Shown here in pieces: positions 29,401-41,949 of a stretch of DNA of 64,000 bases. Origin of the DNA: the human T2T-CHM13v2.0 reference genome, Homo sapiens; the NCBI GenBank assembly GCA_009914755.4, contig CP086569.2, forward strand, positions 16,320,001-16,384,000, read 5' to 3'. The notes under the pieces were generated by a model that was not told the DNA's origin, searched no databases, and saw only the letters and a program-made list of their open reading frames with translations. Numbering within the stretch: position 1 is the first letter of the stretch; each line of letters starts with the position of its first letter. A program made the translations under genes and the position numbers.

Positions 29401-31801
29401 GCCAACAAAATATCAGCTTCCAATTAAGACATCAAAAGACAATGTTTTTGACATCTGTCTCCTAATCCTGTAGACATCTGTCTATAAATCTGCACTATGA
29501 CAGAAAGACAAGGAACTGAAAAATGAGCACCATAAAATAGTACTCTTTATTTATAATATTTTCTGCTATAAGACACTTCTACAAGAAATATATTGCCACC
29601 ATAATGTTCAAGAGAGCTGAAGGTTCTGGAACTGATTCTTTTATATCTCTAACATGAATCTTCTAAAGATGCATGTTTACATTCTTGTCTCTTAAACAGA
29701 ATTAACTGATTATTACTTAATATTACTTTTGGGGCTGTTTTTAGTGGCTCATACTTAAGACTTCATTTTCCCTGTCCTATTTAACTTTTCAGGTATAAAG
29801 AAGAGTCAATAGTAGCATAGGAAACATCTATATACCCTATACCTGCATGCAACACACCTGAAACTATACAGATGCCATACTCTTCATTCCTCTAGCTCTC
29901 TGCATGTTTCTCCGAAGAATGATACTCTCTTACACAGCCTTAATACCACTGCCAAACCCAGGCAAATCAGCAATATTTCATTGTAACCTCTAAACACTCA
30001 GCACACATTGCAGCTGTCCAATTGTGACAAAAATCTCTTTTATAGATATTTTTCCCCAATCTAAGGTCCAATGAATTTTAGCCTCTTTTAAGGTGGAAAA
30101 ACCAGTTCCTACTTTTTCCCCATGATAGTCAACATATTCAAGGATCCAGGCAAGGTAGCTGGTGGAAAATCCTACATTCGGGATTTATCTTGCTGTTTCC
30201 ACATGATGCCACCTTCCATATTCCTCTACCCCTTTGAAACTCCTAGAGGTCCAAATGGATTCAGGTTAACCATTTCTGAGGTCACTTCAGAAAGCACACA
30301 TGACATGACATGCTGCTTTCTGGATGGCAAAGCTACATCAGTTGGGCCACAGGGTCAATTGTGGCCCCCAGAGCTGCCCGCTCTGAAGGCCCCTGTTTGC
30401 CTCTGTTATCAGTCAGTGACTTGTGGCATGGCACTGCGGGCACCTTCATCTCCTGCATGATTACTCTATGGTTTTGGCTTCCACTGACAATGCTTGTAGA
30501 AACCACTTACAGTCGGGATCCCAAAATGGTGAACTGGCTAATTCTGTCCATACTTATTAACTGGCATTCCTCTGTCAAAGAGTTCACCCCCAGCCACGCT
30601 TTTTCTCTCTTTTCTTTTGAGAATCATAATACAGAGTCTCCTTTTAAAAAAATAGAGTATTATCCTCTCTTCTGGTCATTCTTTTGATTACAAATGGTTC
30701 ATATTGTGCCAGTGGGACCCCCCACTGCATCCTGGCATGAGAAGGTGCTCATGCTCATGTAGTATTTTACTGGCCCTGGACCCTACAATCAGCCACATCT
30801 CCCCAAGGCCTGTGTTCCTTTCATTGGGCACGATGATTCCAAATGAATGATTTAATCTATTTTAAGCCCTCATGAGTATACCTGTATCACTTTGTGTGAA
30901 GTAGCCTAACAAATTGTGCAGAATGTAGGACCCCATTGACAAATATGCATCTTAGACTGAAACATTAAGTTTACTTTTCAAAAGCAGACAAAGCATAGGC
31001 AACTGCATTTGCTCTTGTTAACTCTGTGCTTTCTCAGGCATCGTGTGCCGAAGCCGTGAGTGTCCTTCGATCTCATGAGCAAACACCAAAGAGATTGTGG
31101 CATGTGTTCTCATACAGGGAGAAACAGAGCTGCATGGCTGCTGTATCCCACTGCATAGAACAGTGGAACCCATGCACATGAAACCTATTAGGTTCCTGTG
31201 AGTGCCCTCTCTTCAAAGGGTGCACAGCATGGCTCATCTCTTTCCCCGGCTGCCTACTCTTCCTGCCTTAGGGTTCTGGCCATCTACATACACAGGCAAT
31301 TTGCCTAGTACTTTTAACTTGTCTCACAGGCCCTGTACTTCTCACTAAAAAGTTCCATGCACCACCATAAGAGAGGAGTCTGCTCACCAGCTTTCCTGGG
31401 GGCAACTCTCCTCTGCAGGGCTGAGGATAGCGTGAAGGTATTGAACCTATATAGACCTAATAGAAACATCTCTCTAAAAAGGTGAGGAAGGGGTGCAGCA
31501 CTATTCTTGACAGAGGCGGCTGACCTGTGTCCAACCAAAGCACTATGCATAATTTCTAGATTAGAGGAAATACAGGGGACAGAAGAACAAGTAAGGTGGT
31601 ATGATGTGGAAAAAAACAAATCCAGAAATTTGGATGGTGTCACGATAACCATCCTAGACTCTTCCAAAAGTCACTGGGTAAAACACCAGGATGTGGTGAG
31701 ATTTTCAGTTTAAAATAGGCTAAAAGGATCTTACCAATGGGAGCTCTGTTGATCTCAGCCTGACAGAGATTAGTCTAGTATGTCTCTCTCTCTCTCTGTC
31801 T

Positions 31802-32075
31802 CTTTTTTTTTTTTGGAGACAGACTCCAGCATTGTATCCCAGGCTGGGGTGCACAATCTCAGCTCACTAAAACCTCTGCCTCCCAGACTCAAGTGATTCT
31901 CGTGCCTCAGCCGCCCAAGTAGCCGGGATTACAGGCGTGCGCCACCACGCCCAGATAATTTTTGTATTTTTAATAGAGACAGAGTTTCACCATGTTGGCC
32001 AGGCTGGTCTCGAACTCCTGGCCTCAGGTGATCCACCCAACTTGGCCTCCCAAAGTGTTGAGATTACAGGCTGCC
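31802..32075 (-). mobile_element. Alu SINE, minus orientation, preceded by (TC)n
   Basis: Poly-T then ggagacagactccagcattgtatcccaggctggggtgcacaatctcagctcactaaaacctctgcctcccag...ggattacaggc. Confidence 0.9.
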
Positions 32076-32130
32076 CAGACCTAGTCTCAAATTTCCTGAT
32101 GAAACATTGGATAGAGATTTCTAATCTCTA

Positions 32131-32560
32131 CCTGCCAGACACTGCTCAAAAGAGATGTGAAGAGGAGCTACACAGATGGTCCATTTATACAAACCCAAGG
32201 GGAAAACAAACTCTTCCTTCTTGTGCTCTTGCACAGGAAAAAAATGCATGTATCAGGATTATTGTTTTCAAATCTCTTTTCACCTCCACAATTTAATGAA
32301 ATCATTAGCAACATATTTTTTTCTTTTTTAATACAATCTTTGCTTGATTAAAAAAAATCATTCTCTTCTGTGCTTTAGAAATGATGCCTATGGCTTTGCC
32401 ATTTCTCCTGGTCTAGAATATCTATTTCTCTTCTTGACTCCCATCTATCCTTGACAGTATGCTACCCACAACATGATTTCAGTTCAAAATTCTGCTCTGT
32501 CACTAACACATTCTTATTGTGTAAATCACCAGCAATTGTTCACAGATTTTACCAATCATG
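32131..32560 (+). repeat. Copy A of a ~430-520 bp locally duplicated segment (unclassified)
   Basis: cctgccagacactgctcaaaagagatgtgaagaggagctacacagatggtccatttatacaaacccaaggggaaaacaaactcttccttcttgtgctcttgcacagg... and ..tttcagttcaaaattctgctctgtcactaacacattcttattgtgtaaatcaccagcaattgttcacagatttt are mirrored ~1.3 kb downstream. Confidence 0.7.
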
Positions 32561-33416
32561 TTTCAGATTCCAGCAAGACTCTAAGATCCTTAAAGGAAGA
32601 GACTAATTTTGAAGGCTTTGTAACACCCAGCAGAGTATTTTCTAAATAGATTAAGGATGAGTGAATGCATTCCTCTACAGTTGTGCTGTCCAGTCTACAT
32701 TTTGTGTCTCTATGTTACATTTTGGCAACTAGCCATTGGGGGCTACTTAAAATTAAGTAAATAACACAAGAAATTCGGGTCCTAAGTAGCACGAGCCACA
32801 TTTTAGGAGCCCAGTTTCCACCTGTGGCTCCCACTAGGTGCAGTACAATTATAGAACATTTCCATCCTGGCAGAAAGTTTTGCTAGATAGACAGTGCTGG
32901 GCTCAAGAGCAGACAGGAGTACAGTTCTCAGGGACCATGTAGTTCTCAGGGACATGTGCATGGCAGCTCACACAAGTGGGAAGGAGGATGGTGCTTATTT
33001 TGGCTTTTGTCTGAAGGCTTCAGATAAGCTTCAATGTATGAACTATGACCATTTGCTCTCACCTTCATAGACATACTGGACAGTCTATTGGGAGTCAAAC
33101 AGAAAACTTTGACCACCTGTGTCATCTGCAGTGTTTTATAAATGGGCACCATTGATCACAAAAGGGCACATCATTCGGCCCAGCTCCCAGAAGTCAGAGA
33201 GAAGAGTCAAGGGCCCCGTCAAGTGCCATAAGCAATGCCATGTAACTGCCTGTCAGGCATGGTTGTGAAGAGGTGACCATACTCTTCCCATGTGTGGGCA
33301 CCTTACCACATGGTCAGCTGCACCCGGGTCCTTAGCTGCTACTCACTGCTGGCATCACAGCAAAGGACACAAGGGAGACAGGGGATAAAGGAGGATCAGG
33401 AAAGGTTGTCATCAAC

Positions 33417-33935
33417 CTGCCAGACACTGCTGAAAAGGGATGTAAAGAGGAAACACACAGATGGTCCAGCTATGAAAATCCAAAAAGAAAACAAAGTTTG
33501 CCTTTTTGTGCTCTTACACAGCAGAAACATGTGTTAGGATTACAGTGTCTTCAGAAGAATGCTCTTTAAGCACCAATAAGGCCATTTTAAACCTCAAATA
33601 TCTGCAACACAAAACTAAGGCTGCCCCCACCAGCATTTCAACACTATTAAAGGGAGCTCTTACTATATTAAATGCTGCATTTATTAATCACTGAAATTCC
33701 CTTATAGCTGATGGTATGATCATTATTTTCAAGTTTAACATATTCCAGGATAAGAGTTTTGTGCTTTCAACCTCTAGACTGTCCATCAATCACTTTTTAA
33801 ACATCTCATCAGAAGATCTGACCAGTCGCCTGAGCATCTATGTAAGGAGTGCTTTCAGTTCAAAATCCTGCTCTGTCACTAACAAATCCTTATAGTGTAA
33901 ATCACCAGCAATTATTCTCAGATTTCTTAAGAGGT
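33417..33935 (+). repeat. Copy B of the duplicated segment
   Basis: cctgccagacactgctgaaaagggatgtaaagaggaaacacacagatggtccagctatgaaaatccaaaaagaaaacaaagtttgcctttttgtgctcttacacagc... and ..tttcagttcaaaatcctgctctgtcactaacaaatccttatagtgtaaatcaccagcaattattctcagatttc; ~80% identity to copy A. Confidence 0.7.
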
Positions 33936-34288
33936 TTAATTTACCTTGCTCCTTTACCATGCTTTAAGTCTCCATCTACTCCTGAAAAATGACAGCAAAT
34001 AGTATACAAATTATAGCAGTTTTTTTAAAAAAGAAATAGAATCAGAGTAAAGAATGAATAATCACAAAGATAAAAAGGACCAAAGAAATTCTAACATGTA
34101 AAGGACCAAAGAAATTTTAACACACAGGTTTTCAAGGAGAAAAGCAGAAATCTGGCTCAAACAACGATGCTTTGCTGCCGCATGACTAAATAAGAGTATC
34201 TTATTTTATTGTGCTTCACAGATTGTTTTTTACAAATTGAAGGTTTTTGGCAACCCTGCGTCAAGAAAGTTTATCAGCACCAGTTTTC

Positions 34289-34570
34289 TTTTTTTTCATG
34301 AGACAGAGTCTCGCTCTGTCCCAAGCTGGAGTACAGTGGCATGATCTCGGCTCACTGCAAACTCCACCTCCCAGGTTGAAGTGATTCCCCCGTGTCAGCC
34401 TCCCGATTAGCTGGGACTACAGACGTGCACCATCACACCTGGCTAATTTTTGTATATTTAGTAGAGACGGGGTTTCACCATGTCAGCCAGGCTGGTCTTG
34501 AACTCCCGACCTTAGATGATGCGCCCACCTCAGATTCCCAAAGTGCTGAGATTACAGGCATGAGCCATCC
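34289..34570 (-). mobile_element. Alu SINE nested in the Tigger1 5' region, with TSD caccaKttttc
   Basis: Poly-T then catgagacagagtctcgctctgtcccaagctggagtacagtggc...ggcatgagccatcc. Flanking gcaccagttttc / caccatttttc duplicates Tigger1 consensus sequence. Confidence 0.9.
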
Positions 34571-35280
34571 CCCCACCCTTGCTCACCACCATTTTTCTAA
34601 TACCATGTCTCACATCATGTCTCTGTGTCATATTTTTGTAATTCTTCCAATATGTCAAATTGTTTCATTATTACGTCTGTTAATGTCAATCTGTGCTGAG
34701 TGATCTTTGAGGTTACTGCTGTCATTGTTTTCAGCACCATGAAATGTGCCCATGTATGTCAGACAACTTAATATAAATGTTGTGTGTGTTCAGATTGCTC
34801 AACAGACCCCCATATCTCTGCCTCTCCTCAGGCCTCCGTAGTCCCTAAATCATGGTATATTGAAATCAAGCCAATTAATAACCCTATGGAGGCCTCTAAG
34901 AGTTCAAATGAAGAGTTACACATATCGTGCTTTAAATCAAAGCTAGAAAGTTTAAGCTTGGTGAGGAAGACATGTCAGAAGCTGATAGGCTGAAAGCTAG
35001 GCCTCTTGCACCCAGTTAGCCAAGTTGTGAATGCAATGGATAAGTTCTTCAAGGAAATTAAATGTGCTACCCCAGTGAACACATGAATGAAAAGAGAGTG
35101 AAACCTCCTTATTTGCTGACATAGAGGAAGTTTTAATGATCTGAGTAGAAGACCAAACCAGCACAACATTCCCTTAAGCCAAAGCCTAATCTAGAGCAAG
35201 GCTCTAACTCTCTTCACTTCTATGAGGACTGAGGGATGTGAGAAAGCTGCAGAAGAAAAATCTGAATCTAGCAGAAGTTC

Positions 35281-36231
35281 ATGACGTTTAAGGAAACAAG
35301 CCATCTTCATAACATAAAAATGCAGGGTGAAGCAGCAAGTGCTGATGGAAAGGCCGCAGCAAGTTATCCAGGAGAGCTAGCTAAGATCACCAATGAAAGT
35401 GGCTACACTAAACAGATTTTCAATGTAGACAAAACAGCCTTCTATTGGAAGAAAATGCCACCCATGACTTTCAGAGCTAGAGAGAAGTCAATGCCTGGCT
35501 TGAAAGCTTCAAAAGACAGGCAGAATTTTGTGTTAGGGCTTAATGCAGATGGTGACTTTAAGTCAATGCTAACGCTCATTTACAATTCTGAAAATCCTAG
35601 TGCCCTTAAAAATGTTGCTAAATCTTCTCTCCCTGGGCTTTGTGAATGCAACAGCAAAGCTTGGATGACAGTATATCTGTTTACAGTACTGTTTACCAAA
35701 TATCTTAAGCCCACTATTAACAATTACTGCTCTGAAACACAAATTTCTTTCAAAATATTTCTGCCTTCTGACAGTGTGCCTGGTCACCCAAGAGCTCTGA
35801 TGGAGATGTACAAGGAGATTCATATTGTTTTTAGACCTGCTAACACAGTGTCTATTCTGCAGCCCATGGATTCAGGAGTAAATTCAACTTTCAAGTCTTA
35901 TTACTTAAGATATGAGTTTCTTAAGGCTACAGCTGCCATAGATAGTGATTCCCCTGATTCATCTAGGAAAAGTAAATGGAAAACATTCTGGAAAGGATTT
36001 AGCACTCCAGATGTCATTCACAACCTTCATGATCCATGGGAAAAGACGACAATATCAACATTAACAGGAGTTTCTAAAAAGTTGATTCCAATCCTCATGG
36101 ATGACTTTGAGGGATTCAAGACTTCAGTGCAGGAAGTAACTGCAGACGTGTTGGAAATAGCAAGAGAACTAGAATTAGACGTGAAACCTGGAGATTTGAC
36201 TAAATTGCTGCAATCTCAGGATAAAACCTGA
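35281..36231 (+). pseudogene. Tigger1 transposase relic ORF (316 aa; DDE/CENP-B-like domain), no cellular function implied
   Basis: ..QIFNVDKTAFYWKKMPPMTFRAREKSMPGLKASKDR..LGLNADGDFKSMLTLIYNSENPSALKN..SSLPGLCECNSKAWMT..PSDSVPGHPRALMEMYKEIHIVFRPANTVSILQPMDSGVNSTFKSYYLR..FWKGFSTPDVIHNLHDPWEKTTISTLTGVSKKLIPILMDDFEGFKTSVQEVTADVLEIARELELDV.PGDLTKLLQSQDKT, collinear with Tigger1 transposase (QIFNVDETAFYWKKMP..DNAPGHP..MDQGVI). Longest non-L1 ORF in the window. Confidence 0.85.
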
Positions 36232-36433
36232 ACTGATGACACATTGCTTCTTAGGGATGAGAAAAGAAAGTGGTTTCTGGAGATAAAAATCTACTCTTGG
36301 TGAAGATGTCCTTGAACACTGTTGAAGTGACAACAAAAGATTCACTATATTAACATAAACTTAGTTGATAAAGAAGCAGCAGCAGCAGCTGCTTCTTTGA
36401 GAGCAGCTTCTTTGAGAGGACTAATTCCAATTC

Positions 36434-36770
36434 TGTTTGTTTGTTTGTTTGTTTGTTTGTTTAAAACAGAGTCTCACTCTGTGGTCCAGGCTGGAGTGCA
36501 GTGGTGCAATCTTGGCTCGCTGCAACCTCAGCCTCCCAGATTGAAGTGATTCTCCTGCCTCAGCCTCCTTAGTAGCTGAGACTACAAGCACAGGTCACCA
36601 TGCCTGGCTATGTATTTGTTTTTTGTTTTTTTTTTTTTTTTGTATTTTTTAGTAGAGATAGGGTTTCACTATGTTGGTCAGAATGGTCTCGAACTCCTGG
36701 CCTCAAGTGATCCACCTGCCTCTGCCTCCCAAAGTGCTGGGATTACAGGCGTGAGACACTACATCTGGCC
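36434..36770 (-). mobile_element. (GTTT)n followed by an Alu SINE (minus orientation, T-rich middle linker) nested in the Tigger1 3' region
   Basis: gtttgtttgtttgtttaaaacagagtctcactctgtggtccaggctggagtgcagtggtgcaatc...gggattacaggcgtgagacactacatctggcc. Confidence 0.9.
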
Positions 36771-38467
36771 AAAAGAGAAGGTTTTTGTAAAAGGAAGAGT
36801 CAATTGATATGGCAAACTTCGCTGCTGTTTTATTTTTTAAAATTGCCACAGCCACCCTAATCTTCAGCAACCACTACTCTGGTCAACAGTCAATGTGAAG
36901 ACAGCACCTTTCACCAGCAAGATTTACAACTCACAGAGGATGAGATGATCCCTTGCATTTCATTTGTTCTAGCAATAAGCATTTTTAAAGTATGTACATT
37001 TTTTGGACATAATACTATTGTACACTTAATAGAGTACAGCATAGTATAAACCAAACCTTACGTGTATCATGAAACCAAAAAATTCGTGTGACTGACTTTA
37101 TTGCAATGTTTGCTTTACTGTGATGGTCTGGAACTGAATCCACGATATTTCTCAGGTATGCTTGTGTCCAGTTTATTTAAAGATTCCAAATAAAACCATA
37201 CTATTTTTATTTGAAAGGCAGACCTAGAAAAAAAGAAAAGGATATTTTTATACCTGCATGCCTAGAAATCTGCTGTATTTAAGTTGTGCGGCAAGCTGGA
37301 CAAAACTATAATGATCTGCAGAATTTTGCAATTTAAGTCTTAGCCCTTCTCGATTATTCTAGAAACCGAAACAGCTGTAGTGGACAACCAATCACTTACT
37401 ACAATAACTTAAGGTTGGCATGGTTCAGGTCCACTAGAAAACAGAATCAAACACAGCTAAGTCTACAATTACATGCTGCTTCTCCAACATACAATTTACT
37501 CCAAATCTCTTCGGACCCTTAACAGGAACACATGTGTCTTGTGCTTGGTATATTCCAGAAACCTTTTGAGTTTTCGGAAACAACAGATTATTTATTGATT
37601 ATGCTCTAGTGAATGGCCAATCATGGGCCCTTAGATAAAGGCTCACCTGTGTCCCAAGTCCTCGCACTGGCCTCCACCCTCAGCCATCTCCTTTGCAAAT
37701 GTAGAAGAGAATGTACATTTCACCTAGCAAGGTTAAAACCCAAAGGCACAGTGTCAGCCCCCAGGGGAGACAGGGCAAAGAAAGAATGTGAACCTACCAC
37801 CAGAGTTGCTTTGACTTTCACAGCAAGACCCAATAAATATGATGGAAGGAGGGTAGGTTGTGATTACCATCTCATTCCAACTAGGATCTCTGCACATTCT
37901 GGGGTTAAAAAATAACCACCTATGGAAACATGTGGAATGATCCTTCACTTTGCTCCACCTTCCTCAGAAATGTGCCAAAACTCTTAGAAACCCCACTTGG
38001 AACGAATGACTTGATAACATCAAGGAGTAAGAACAGACTGAGGCTGAAAAACTTGTGGGCTACAATTTTAAACCTCAGATGTATTTCATGGGGTCACATG
38101 ACAGCATGCACAAATTCTTCTGAAAATCCATCTAGGGCATGTGTTAATATTATGTAAGTCTATTTTTGTCATCAGCTATATGGATGTTTCAGTGTCTAAA
38201 GAAACAGCCTATGTGAAGTTAATAAAGAATGATAGTGTGAAACACTCATACTGTAGTCTGTGGGATTTTGACCACATGGTGGACATGACTGTCAACTGTC
38301 TCAAGCAGCCCACAATCCCATCGGTACTGGGCTTGGTGATCACCACAGAGACCCTACCTCTGTGACCATTTACAGTCTCCTGGGCCCCAGACAGTGAGGC
38401 AGGCACTTACAGTCCCAAGTGCTATTATTTGGTAAGGTGGAAGCTATGGGAGCTTAATACTATGGGA

Positions 38468-38520
38468 ATAGAATTCAAAGAATAAAACCCTGTTTTTAAC
38501 TCAAGACAGAATTATGCTGA
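38468..38520. repeat. Left arm of a ~50-bp inverted repeat pair (40-bp core identical)
   Basis: ggaatagaattcaaagaataaaaccctgtttttaactcaagacagaattatgctgagc. Confidence 0.8.
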
Positions 38521-40992
38521 GCTATGGGAGTCCTGAGAAGCTATGGGAGTTCTGCAAGAAGGCACAGAACATGTCTTCATTCAACTATATAAAGGTAAAC
38601 TACAAGTGACTTATTAAAATCCTGCAATCTCAATTTATAAAGACATGGTACATTACGGTCAATAAGAACTGCAAATGTTCTTATTACTCTTTGCAATCTA
38701 CATTATTGTTTTACGATGTTTTAAGAATTTCAAAATAAGCTTATTTCCCTTTGATTTTTTAAAAGAATTTTAAATAAAATTGTATTAGACTCCAAGAAAA
38801 CACATTTTACACGTACCACGTTTTACACACACCACAATTCCTAATTCTGAATATTCTTAACACCCACCCTCTGGCTGGCCCTCCCAGCACAGCCATTATC
38901 AACAGACATCATGGGTTGCTCCACAAAGACTTAGATCCACGCTGTCCAAGCCAGTAGCCATGCAACAAGTGAGGCTACAGAGTGCTTGAAATGAGGCTAG
39001 TTCAAACTGAGATGTATTGCATGTATAAAATACACACAGGTTTTGAGGACCTAGTATCAAAATTAATGTCAAACACTTCGATTATTTTCTTATATTGACT
39101 TTGTATTAATTAACATTTTTAACAAATTAGGTTATATAACATACATCATCCGAATCAATGTCATCTATATCTTTTTACTTATTAAAAGTTGCTCCCAGAA
39201 AATTTTATCTGGCCCAAATCTATTCTATGAGACAAAGCTGCTCTGGACACATGACTGTCTTCTGTTTTTAAAGAAACTAGGACCATCTTTTGTGCTCCTA
39301 ATTTCAGTTATTTACCAACTGAATCTTTCCTGTCCAGCAGCTGAGATATTGTTTAATTAACTTGTCATCTTCTTCTTTCAAAATCTTGTTCCAGTTTATA
39401 ACTAATCTCAGTCCGCTTTTCTCCTTTTCTGAATGGCATTTGAGAGCCAGAGTTATTAGTATTAACTAAATCATAACTGACTGTTTCCTTAGTCAAGAGA
39501 AATCAAATCCCACGGGTGTTTTTTTGTTTTTTTTTTCTTTTTAGGGAAAAAAAAAAAAAAAAGGACCTAACAGCATCACACATGTCAAAAGCATGGGAAG
39601 GTGCCCTGGTTTTCTTCCTGGTCGACATTAACTGTAAACTTTGCATTTACTTCCTCATTCTCCTCTGATTGAACAAATGTCTCCTGTAATGTCAACAATT
39701 CTTCATGCAACTATTTGTTTTCAATTTTACTTCCCCAAGTATGCAAGTATTGGTGCTACATCGACAAACAGAACTTCCTAGGAAAATACATTCAAAATTC
39801 CCAAAAAACAGACCTACTGCAAAATACCTCATTATAAATTGATGATACATTGTTATGCAGACAACAGATACACTGAAGTGAGGTACTAAAGAATGAGAGC
39901 AGGCATAATCTGGTAGATTAAAGTGGTACACTTTGGAATGCTGTATTTTGTATTCATACATTTTGTGAGAAAAAATGGGATAAGGAAACGTATATTGCCA
40001 AGGTAATTTTGCAAAGCCTTACCAACTCAAAGAAGAGGTAGGGCCGGAAAGGAGGAAATGGATAGAAAATGAGGGAGGGGAATAAAAAGAGCTACAGCTT
40101 ATTTTTCCAAATAGCACTAATTGTTGGTTATCAGAGGACTAGATCAGAGGATTGGGTAACAATGTGAGGTCCACGCTTGTAATGCCATTTAAGTCACATT
40201 CATCACTTCAGGGCATGGCTATGTGCAAATTCAGAATGAGAATTAGGAATCAAGCTCATTTAGAAGCTTAATAAATTTAATTTTAATGAGACATCTTGTT
40301 TGGCCTTAAAATTCATGAGACTCGCAGAACAGGTTATCTGGACCTTCCATTAGAGGGTAAGAAATATATTTGACAATTTAACTTTTTGACCACCAGAGTA
40401 GGAAAAATCTTGTCTACAAACTATACTTATGTATCTCAGAAGCTTTATGAAATTGACTCATTTCAAATTTAGTAGCGCATACACCATTGGCTCCAATTAC
40501 AGACCTCTGTAGGGAGTATTTTTTCTTTGGAATTCCTCAATTTATATCTCTGTGCTCATAAAATGAAGAGACTGGTTTTCGTGTGCCTTTTTAAAAGAAA
40601 ACAATTCTAGTGAGCTACCCAGAAATATGATGAGCAGGAACAAGGTCACATTCACAATTTAAGATGAGTTCATCATCATTTATATTTAGAACTGGATCAA
40701 TCCAGAATCATTTCTAAGCTTGGCCTCTTACTAGCTGTGTGACCTAGGGCGAGTAGCTTTACCTCTCTGAGCTGCAGGATTTTTTCTTTTTTTTAATTGG
40801 TGAAATGCAAATACTTTCTCCTAATGTGCAGAGTTTTGAAATGAAGGAATGATATACATAAACAAGCAGGTCAGCAGTCTACACAGAGTATGCAGGAAGG
40901 TTTACAGATCTGTGAAGCCTCCTGGTGAATATGAGATTACAACATATGTTTCACAGTGTTAATTCTGTTGAGGCTTTGGGTAAAGCTCAGAA

Positions 40993-41048
40993 TAGTTTTG
41001 TCTTGAGTTAAAAACAGGGTTTTATTCTTTGAATTCTACCCGAATTCC
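40993..41048. repeat. Right arm of the inverted repeat pair (reverse complement of 38468-38520)
   Basis: gctcagaatagttttgtcttgagttaaaaacagggttttattctttgaattctacc. The core tagaattcaaagaataaaaccctgtttttaactcaagaca is identical on the opposite strand. Confidence 0.8.
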
Positions 41049-41949
41049 TCTTGGCTGGTGAAGTTCACATGTGCTATGTCTGGGTTTGTTAATGTCTCAG
41101 ATCCATACAGCAGGTTCTCAAACGCTCATGCACTTGTGTTAAAATGCAGATTCTCACTGGGCAGGGGGAAGGTGGAACCACTGCTGCTACATTCAAAAGT
41201 GGCTCCCAGGTGATGTCTCTGGTGCTGGTCACCCTTAGCAGCCAGGCCACTTGGCAGATCTTCTGTGCCTCTACATTGTTGACAGCACGGGTAATTTCTT
41301 TTGGTTGCATAGGACATTCCTGTGCACTGCAGGAAGTTTAGTACTACTCCTGGTCAGGACCCCACTAAATGCCAGTGACCCCATCCCTTCATGCCAGCTG
41401 TGACATCCAAAATGTCTCCCGACATCTCCATTAGAGGATGCTCTCAGGCCGGCAAAACCCTGCCTAGTGGACAACCACTACCTTGTAGGATGCTACCATC
41501 AAGATGCGCCCTCAGCAACAACCAGGCTATTTTGCAGACAGCAAAACTGAGGCGGTGTTGGGGATTCACTCAGGATGGTGGCAGAAATATTACTGGGAAA
41601 TATTAGGGAAAGTTATAGGGAATAGTCACAAACCTTTTTGGAAGGCGGAAAGGTTCCATAGCTTGTAATAACTGAACAGACTGAAGGCAGCCGGTTCTCA
41701 TCTTACAGCATTAGTCATAAGGTAAATACTAGGGATAATAGAGGCTTCCCAGTTAAGTCTGTTTACCCTACCTCCATTAATTAACCTTTGAGCCAGATGG
41801 CCTTCTTAGGGGGAGGTCGACTAGGGAGATTGCCCCCTAATGGTATTTACCTTAGACCTCGGTGCTTGAGCTGTAATCATTCCTAGAACTACTCTCTTAA
41901 CCATGTCAATTATCCACAAGTGTGTTTACTCAGTTTGTGTTGTTAATTG

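Larger units (their letters stand above)
34186..37164 (+). mobile_element. Tigger1 (pogo/Tc1-mariner superfamily) DNA transposon, near full length, with two nested Alus and a (GTTT)n
   Basis: 5' end ...ttattttattgtgcttcacagattgttttttacaaattgaaggtttttggcaaccctgcgtcaagaaagtttatcagcacc and 3' end ...gaaaccaaaaaattcgtgtgactgactttattgcaatgtttgctttactgtgatggtctggaactgaatccacgatatttctcaggtatgcttg both match the Tigger1 consensus termini (..CTCCGAGGTATGCCTG). The internal transposase is collinear with the consensus. Confidence 0.9.

Noticed and set aside
31937-32296. ORFs starting inside Alu elements (e.g. 6673-6894, 9202-9522, 34392-34703, 46431-46756, 50581-51110, 55273-55593, 58723-58984)
   Set aside because: Typical spurious Alu-encoded ORFs (GSSDPPASASQ..., motifs recur in every Alu); no coding potential.
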